Source: Candidatus Kuenenia stuttgartensis
GTDB taxonomy: Bacteria; Planctomycetota; Brocadiia; Brocadiales; Brocadiaceae
NCBI RefSeq assembly: GCF_900232105.1
Contig: NZ_LT934425.1
Location: 3,960,001 to 3,992,000 of the forward strand
Direction of reading: 5' to 3'
Length of the DNA: 32,000 bases
The translations under genes and the position numbers were made by a program. Below, one piece after another: positions 27,152-32,000 of the stretch. Numbering within the stretch: the stretch's first letter is position 1; every line of letters starts with the position of its first letter. A model generated the notes under the pieces. That model was given only the letters and a program-made list of their open reading frames with translations. It searched no databases and was not told where the DNA came from.

Positions 27152-27718
27152 ATGATGGAACCTATTTCAGCAAGTGCTATGGCACATGCTGCCAAAGAAA
27201 TGGCGGTTAGAGAAATTCCAAAGGAGGCTACAGAAACAGGTTTAAAAGAGTCTGTACTCAGCGAGCAATTGGATATTATTAAAAACAATTCTCTGGAGTC
27301 TTTAGAGGCACAAGATGAGGCATTTTCTCAAAGACTCAAAGAATACAAAACGCAAGTTGAGATTAATTACGAAATGGGAGATTTCAGAGAGAAAAATGTT
27401 TTTAGTGAATTAAAAGAAAATTATCCTGAAAAAGATGGTTACAAAATTTTCCCAGAACGCTATCTATGCGATAAAGAAGGTAAAATCGTCAGGGATACGG
27501 TTTCAAGAGAAGCAAGGAGAATTGATTTCTTGATAGGAACAGATAGAGAAATCATGAAGTCTATCGAAGTTACATCTGAAAAAGCTCCAAAGGAAATGCA
27601 ATTAGCAAAAGAAGAACGAATTCGTGAACAAGGAGGGAATTATATAAGATTGCCTGAAACAGGTGAACTAATAATATTTCCATCAAATATAAAAACCGAA
27701 ATTTGGCGGAGGGCTTAA
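27152..27718 (+). CDS. Hypothetical protein; C-terminal half has a weak restriction-endonuclease-fold-like pattern
   Basis: Strong SD GGAGG (27139-27143) lies 8 nt before the ATG, 20 nt after the ATPase stop. The C-terminal pattern FSELKE...RRIDFLIGTD...KSIEVTSEK resembles E...hD...ExK-type nuclease cores, but the canonical Lys is displaced. Function is not established. Confidence 0.6.
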   Translation: MMEPISASAMAHAAKEMAVREIPKEATETGLKESVLSEQLDIIKNNSLESLEAQDEAFSQRLKEYKTQVEINYEMGDFREKNVFSELKENYPEKDGYKIFPERYLCDKEGKIVRDTVSREARRIDFLIGTDREIMKSIEVTSEKAPKEMQLAKEERIREQGGNYIRLPETGELIIFPSNIKTEIWRRA

Positions 27719-27719
27719 A

Positions 27720-28295
27720 ATGAAAAAAATAAAAGTTTATGACAAAGTAAAATGGCATTATCCAGAGGGCAAAAATTGTACTGATCTGGACTCTGCAAAA
27801 ACTCATTTTAAAATCATTATGGAATGGTTAAACAAAAATAACCTTTTAACACCATACGGTAGAGAGATATATGAAATCGGAATAGATAGTGATTTTTCTT
27901 TGACGTCAGAAATGGTAAATGAACAAGGCAATTTGATTTTGCAAAAATGCTATAAGATCTGGCTCAAGATGATTGATTATAAGAAACGTCCTGATGTAGC
28001 AGTTTTTGAGGGATGCCTTAGAGATGTAATGGAAGATAAGAATATGGAGCTAGATATATTAATTCGAATAGTAATCAAAAAAAAAGAATTTGAAAAAAGA
28101 ATTGGCAAGAAACCTACAAGGTTGTATCTCACCTCAAGTGATGAACAGGACATAACAGCGTTGCCTGCAACAAAAATTGGAGAATTAGCCGGTTTTTTTG
28201 CTCAATATGGGGCAAAAGAAGCAATTAAGAGAACTGGAAATAAATTTAAAGAAATGGAAGTTATTTGGGATTCTCCGGAGTTTAAAGTTGAATAA
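27720..28295 (+). CDS. Hypothetical protein (possible immunity/partner of 27152-27718)
   Basis: The ATG lies 1 nt after the upstream TAA (taaaatg). At 191 aa, no motif was recognised. Confidence 0.6.
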   Translation: MKKIKVYDKVKWHYPEGKNCTDLDSAKTHFKIIMEWLNKNNLLTPYGREIYEIGIDSDFSLTSEMVNEQGNLILQKCYKIWLKMIDYKKRPDVAVFEGCLRDVMEDKNMELDILIRIVIKKKEFEKRIGKKPTRLYLTSSDEQDITALPATKIGELAGFFAQYGAKEAIKRTGNKFKEMEVIWDSPEFKVE

Positions 28296-28348
28296 TATAT
28301 CAATGACGTTATATAGCGCATATATTAATAAAATCAAAGGAGTCTAAA

Positions 28349-28858
28349 ATGACAAAATTTGAAGAACTGTGTAATTCATATCGCCTATCAAGAAAAAAAT
28401 ATTTCGATTATAAAAACGAGTGTGTTAATTTTGCTGAAAAATTAGTCAATGGGATGATTGATCATTTTGAATGTCCTAAAGAACAAATAAAGTACTTTTC
28501 TCCCAAAGACCAAGTTATACCTGATAATGATTCTTTTCAATCGCTAAGAGGTGTAATGACTTTAGAGGACGATACCTTCTGGCATTTTCGGATTGGGCTC
28601 ACCTTATATGAATCGCATGAGATAATAACACCACGCGAAATAGTAACAATTCACATCCTTCTTAAGAAAATTAATGAACGTTTTATTGTCAAAATTAATA
28701 CTTTTGAGGAAAAATTTGAGATTAATGGGAATAGTCCAGAGGATTTTGAAAAATTTTATGAATTTATATTCAACAAAATTAAAGAAGATTATGAAAAAGA
28801 CTTTGAAATTTTCTCTGAAGGAGAAAAAGATACTGTAAGAAAAATTGGTTTTAAATGA
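28349..28858 (+). CDS. Hypothetical protein
   Basis: 169-aa ORF with SD aaaggag 6 nt upstream of the ATG and AT-rich codon usage consistent with its neighbours. No motif was recognised. Confidence 0.55.
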   Translation: MTKFEELCNSYRLSRKKYFDYKNECVNFAEKLVNGMIDHFECPKEQIKYFSPKDQVIPDNDSFQSLRGVMTLEDDTFWHFRIGLTLYESHEIITPREIVTIHILLKKINERFIVKINTFEEKFEINGNSPEDFEKFYEFIFNKIKEDYEKDFEIFSEGEKDTVRKIGFK

Positions 28859-28883
28859 TAATATGAGGAAAGACTTAGGGGAG

Positions 28884-28933
28884 ACTTGGGGTCGCATCTT
28901 AAATATTAAGCCAGGTTGGATTGAGGCACAACT
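28884..28933. repeat. Partial copy of the repeat found at 30897-30955
   Basis: cttggggtcgcatctt...aggttggattgaggcacaa aligns with cctgaggggtcaaatct...aggttgggcttgaggcacaa. Both start within about 10-30 nt after the stop codon of a small + strand gene. Confidence 0.6.
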
Positions 28934-29017
28934 CGAAGAGAAAGCAAGAATCACAGGAAATTTAAAACCCGGTATTCTTGTATTTTCTGTCTTCCTCAGA
29001 TTAGGAGAATAAAATCA

Positions 29018-29272
29018 ATGCCCACAATCTTATACATAAATGGTTGGAGGATTTACTTTTTTGCAAACGAAAGCAATGAGTCTATTCATGTGCATTGCCA
29101 GAAATCAGAGAAAAGATGCAAATACTGGCTTGATAAAGAGCTTTTTGAAATCGAAGAGGCGCATAGTTATAATATGAATAATAAAGACAAACGAATCGTG
29201 CGTAAAATTATTTTTGAACATTTCGACTACATCGTTGAGCAATGGGAGAAATTTGAAGAAAGGAAATGGTAA
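29018..29272 (+). CDS. DUF4160-family small protein
   Basis: MPTILYINGWRIYFFANESNESIHVHCQKSEKRCKYWL matches the recalled DUF4160 pattern (MPTI..G.....y..eH.PPHfH..........i). It is paired with a DUF2442 gene, as is usual. Confidence 0.7.
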   Translation: MPTILYINGWRIYFFANESNESIHVHCQKSEKRCKYWLDKELFEIEEAHSYNMNNKDKRIVRKIIFEHFDYIVEQWEKFEERKW

Positions 29273-29541
29273 TGGAAAAAGCTCATATAGTGGAAAACCT
29301 TGAAATCACCGCAGATGAAATTCGTATGAAGATAGACGGAAAACAACATTCGTTTAAGATAGCCGAGATATCGCAACGGCTGAAAAAAGCAACACAGAAA
29401 GAGCGAGAATACTTCGAGATATGCCCTACCGGGTACGGCATACATTGGCCGCTTATTGACGAAGATCTGTCAATTGACGGACTCCTTGGCATAAAGCACA
29501 TACCGAAAAGGCTGAAAACAAAAGAAACTACGGTAAAATAA
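29266..29541 (+). CDS. DUF2442-family small protein
   Basis: C-terminal FEICPTGYGIHWPLIDEDLSIDGLLG matches the recalled DUF2442 signature (G.gihWp.lDeDis...Ll). It overlaps the DUF4160 gene by 7 nt; an alternative start is ATG 29272. Confidence 0.7.
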   Translation: MVMEKAHIVENLEITADEIRMKIDGKQHSFKIAEISQRLKKATQKEREYFEICPTGYGIHWPLIDEDLSIDGLLGIKHIPKRLKTKETTVK

Positions 29542-29795
29542 CAGGGTATTCCGTCAGGCAGACAGGATTTCGGACGGCGGAATTCTGATTGCAGATGGTT
29601 TTAATTCTGAAGGTGTATAAAGAAAAAGAATGCGCAAAGCAAGACAGGATGATATGCAGGGAAAAGGAAAAGACTGGAAATTCCTCTGGGAAGAACTATG
29701 CATAAAATAACGTTTTTACCCGATGCCGAGGATACTTTTAAAAAATAAGATAAACCTGCAACACAGGACTGGGGGGCAAAACTGAGGGGAATTAG

Positions 29796-29829
29796 GGTAC
29801 ACATCCCATATTTTTTAGGGATGTGTACC
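29796..29829. other. Perfect 12-bp stem hairpin (ggtacacatccc / gggatgtgtacc) with a 10-nt loop
   Basis: Read directly: stems at 29796-29807 and 29818-29829, loop atatttttta. No flanking T-run on either strand, so it is not a canonical terminator. It lies 45 bp upstream of the 29874 start. Confidence 0.5.
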
Positions 29830-29873
29830 TATAATTTACTTTTATAAGAATCTTTTGGTAAAAGGAGTCTCAA

Positions 29874-30149
29874 ATGATAGATGTAAAACAAGCCAGCAAA
29901 TTAGCTATAGAATATTTCACGACTTTATTTGAAAATAAGTATAGTAATTTAACCCTTGAAGAGGTAGAGGTCTCGGGAGATGGTAAATATTGGTATATAA
30001 CACTTGGTTACGATATAGACAAACCTTTTTCTGTCACACTTCCTCTTAGAAAGACAGGGAGAGAATATAAGCGTTTCAAGATAGATGTTGAATCAGGCAA
30101 AGTCTTATCAATGCAAATTAGAAAACCTGACCAAATTCAGAACTTCTGA
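29874..30149 (+). CDS. Hypothetical small protein
   Basis: 91-aa ORF with SD aaaggag. The translation-initiation context is nearly identical to that of 28349. No family was assigned. Confidence 0.55.
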   Translation: MIDVKQASKLAIEYFTTLFENKYSNLTLEEVEVSGDGKYWYITLGYDIDKPFSVTLPLRKTGREYKRFKIDVESGKVLSMQIRKPDQIQNF

Positions 30150-30401
30150 TCCGTGGAATTCTGTTTGATGCCAAATTGCAAGAAGTGCAGTCGCTCACAC
30201 GTATCCATGTTGCTTATTTTCCTGTATGTATGCACCACACAAGCAGATTCGGCGGACAATACTCCTTTTTTATGAAAATAGGGATCACATCATTTTCCAA
30301 TCAGCAAGGAAACGACTTCTTTCTGTCTATCACATATCTAACTATAATTGTTAGACTTGGATGTTTTTTACTGAAAAATACATTTCAGGAGTTTTGAATT
30401 T

Positions 30402-30884
30402 ATGGATTATATAAAAATTTTTAATAAATATCGTAATAAAGGCGTGCTGATAGATTCAAATCTCCTTATATTATTTTTTGTCGGCACATATAATCAATCG
30501 ACCATTCAATGTTTTAAAAGAACGCAAAAATATAACATCGAAGATTTTGAACTATTAGAGTCCTTTATTAAGTATTTTAAAAAGGTAGTTACTACCCCTA
30601 ACATTTTGACGGAGGTAAGCAATTTGTGTGGAAAGCTACCAGAGATATTTAAGTTAGAATTTGCTAAACATATTGAACTGTTAGATGAATATTATACTCC
30701 CAGTCGCCATATCAGTAAATTAGAACATTTTAAAAAGTACGGTCTTACGGATTCTGGTATTATAAATTTAGTGAAAGGGGAATACCTTGTTTTGTCAGAT
30801 GATTGGCCACTTGTTAGTTTTATGCAGGTAAAAAATATTGATACAATAAATTTCAATCATTTAAGGTATGTCAATTGGAGTTAA
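30402..30884 (+). CDS. PIN-domain nuclease-like protein
   Basis: Acidic residues at PIN-typical spacing: GVLIDSNLLI (D18), TTPNILTEVSNL (E71), GLTDSGIINL (D117) and LVLSDDWPL (D133/134). Confidence 0.6.
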   Translation: MDYIKIFNKYRNKGVLIDSNLLILFFVGTYNQSTIQCFKRTQKYNIEDFELLESFIKYFKKVVTTPNILTEVSNLCGKLPEIFKLEFAKHIELLDEYYTPSRHISKLEHFKKYGLTDSGIINLVKGEYLVLSDDWPLVSFMQVKNIDTINFNHLRYVNWS

Positions 30885-30936
30885 AGGAGAAGATGACCTG
30901 AGGGGTCAAATCTCTATTATTGGCGTACCCAGCAAG

Positions 30937-31078
30937 GTTGGGCTTGAGGCACAAAACCCAACGGTTAAATGTCGCGAACGGCAGTGAAACTGGGACTTTC
31001 TTTTTGATGTAACGAGTTTCGCAGGTTGGCCTGAATAATTTGAATCGTTGGGTTTCGCTTCGCTCAACTCAACTCAAC
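30937..31078. repeat. ~140-bp imperfect palindromic element with attC-like core sites
   Basis: Small hairpin 1 is gttgggc-ttgaggcacaaa-acccaac (30937-30962). Small hairpin 2 is gttgggt-ttcgcttcgctc-aactcaac (31047-31073), roughly the reverse complement of hairpin 1. acccaacggttaaat (30956-30970) pairs imperfectly with atttgaatcgttgggt (31038-31053). acccaac fits RYYYAAC and gttgggt fits GTTRRRY, and the two lie 98 bp apart. Confidence 0.6.
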
Positions 31079-31168
31079 ACGACTTATTTAACAAAAAATG
31101 TATATCGGATATACGTATTAAGAAAATTGCTTGTGGTAAAATGATAAAAAGATGAATCTGGGGTAGAC

Positions 31169-31380
31169 ATGACCAGTATCAAAGAGATAAAATTTATCGT
31201 AATGTTAACGTCGGAAGACAGATATCGTCATTGTCATATTAGATTCAAAAGACAAGTTATCCGTTTTGCTGTACAATACGAAACCAAATTTTAAGGCAAG
31301 TGGCTGCCTGTGGTGAGATATGATACAGAACACGGTTTCGCCCATCGCGATTTATTAGACAAAGAAGGTATAGTAAAAAG
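31169..31380 (+). pseudogene. Decayed small ORF with an in-frame stop, 3' end displaced by IS630
   Basis: ATG 31169...QYETKF, then TAA (31292-31294), then in the same frame GKWLPVVRYDTEHGFAHRDLLDKEG. The frame then runs into AT-rich sequence preceding the IS630 transposase. The family was not identified with confidence. Confidence 0.35.
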
Positions 31381-31446
31381 CATTTATTTTTATAAAAATC
31401 TGTTTTTTTCTTGCATTTGAATTGTTTCTAGAGTATTAAATTCTGC

Positions 31447-32000
31447 ATGAATCCATTTCTCAGTGAAAAAACCCGAATAGAATTTAAAAAAGCACATAAG
31501 AAAGAGCCTCATAGACGTCATGCCGACCGAATCAAAGCTATACTTCTTCTTGATTCAGGATGGAGTTATGAAGAAGTAGCAGAAGCGCTCTTGTTAGACG
31601 ATCAAACAATCAGGAATTACGAAAAACTATACAAAGATAAAGGTTTCGACGGGCTTTTATCTGACAATTATGTTGGCTGTATGCCAAAACTCACTTGCGA
31701 ACAAGAAGAACAATTAAAAGATCATATCAGGAAAAACAACTATAGCGCGGCAAAAGAAATTGTTGAATATGTAAAACAGACATTCAATAAAATCTATACA
31801 CCCGAAGGAATGGTACATACCCTCGATAGATTAGGCTTTACTTACAAGAAAACTACAATAGTTCCAGGCAAAGCAAACCCTGAAAAACAAAAAGAATTTA
31901 TCGAAAACTACAAACAACTCAAAGAAGAGAAAGCCCCTGGAGATAAGATACTTTTTATGGATGGAGTTCATCCACAGCACAATTCTACGTCTGCATATTG
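31447..32000 (+). CDS. IS630-family (Tc1/mariner-type) transposase, 5' part (runs off the window)
   Basis: It is absent from the ORF track because no stop is reached. My own translation from ATG 31447 is MNPFLSEKTRIEFKKAHKKEPHRRHADRIKAILLLDSGWSYEEVAEALLLDDQTIRNYEKLYKDKGFDGL...IVEYVKQTFNKIYTPEGMVHTLDRLGFTYKK...KILFMDGVHPQHN. This gives two HTH modules and then the first catalytic-Asp block typical of IS630 transposases. Confidence 0.8.
   Translation, partial: MNPFLSEKTRIEFKKAHKKEPHRRHADRIKAILLLDSGWSYEEVAEALLLDDQTIRNYEKLYKDKGFDGLLSDNYVGCMPKLTCEQEEQLKDHIRKNNYSAAKEIVEYVKQTFNKIYTPEGMVHTLDRLGFTYKKTTIVPGKANPEKQKEFIENYKQLKEEKAPGDKILFMDGVHPQHNSTSAY

Noticed and set aside
29601-29804. 67-aa minus-strand ORF in the 29.5-29.9 kb gap.
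   Set aside because: It has no RBS and a hydrophobic low-complexity translation, and it overlaps the decayed + strand mini-ORFs. It is likely spurious.
30176-30397. 73-aa + strand ORF between the 91-aa gene and the PIN gene, and a possible 40-codon TTG-started minus-strand ORF with an aaggag SD in the same gap.
   Set aside because: The + ORF has no RBS and an odd Cys/His/Phe-rich composition. The minus-strand candidate is too short and unsupported by any motif. The region is left unannotated.
1-32000. Scan for CRISPR arrays, tRNA/rRNA genes and riboswitch-like leaders (for example a cobalamin riboswitch upstream of cbiG).
   Set aside because: No regularly spaced direct repeats and no cloverleaf-compatible or rRNA-like segments were recognised. 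The 6524-6557 spacer before cbiG is far too short for a B12 riboswitch, and the preceding sequence is the foldback repeat.

Overview
No database or HMM searches were run; all calls come from reading the sequence and the ORF translations, so family names are recollection-based. The window is a mosaic of six parts.

- **1 to ~4.8 kb:** the GC-rich 3' part (~1570 aa) of a very large NdvB/GH94-family glucan synthase/phosphorylase gene, open at the window edge. About 100 bp past its stop the DNA switches abruptly to AT-rich sequence, next to a 16-bp HindIII-centred palindrome.
- **5.3 to 12.2 kb:** apparently core genes on the + strand. These are dnaJ, cbiG, cbiH and a four-gene group 3b (sulfhydrogenase-type, HydB-G-D-A order) [NiFe]-hydrogenase operon.
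- **12.2 to 21.1 kb:** a graveyard of mobile DNA.
  - an integron-integrase-like gene fragment fused to a repeat that also forms a 151-bp foldback after dnaJ
  - a 3'-truncated IS1634-family transposase
  - a 4-gene Mu/Tn7-like (TniA/TniB-type) element with a frameshifted transposase
  - an IS1380-like remnant
  - an orphan EcsC-family gene
  - an apparently intact IS1634-family IS
- **21.2 to 28.3 kb:** the most interesting part, a tightly coupled + strand operon. It encodes a dynamin-like GTPase, a 2-TM hairpin protein, a ~1050-aa HerA/FtsK-type P-loop ATPase with a long unrecognised N-terminal region, and two small proteins that may be a nuclease-like/immunity-like pair. I know of no described system with this combination and propose it as a candidate novel conflict (anti-phage) system.
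- **28.3 to 31.4 kb:** small cassette-like genes (a hypothetical, a DUF4160/DUF2442 pair, a hypothetical, a PIN nuclease, a decayed small ORF) interspersed with attC-like imperfect palindromes.
- **31.4 to 32.0 kb:** the 5' part of an IS630-family transposase running off the window.

No rRNA, tRNA or CRISPR array was seen.
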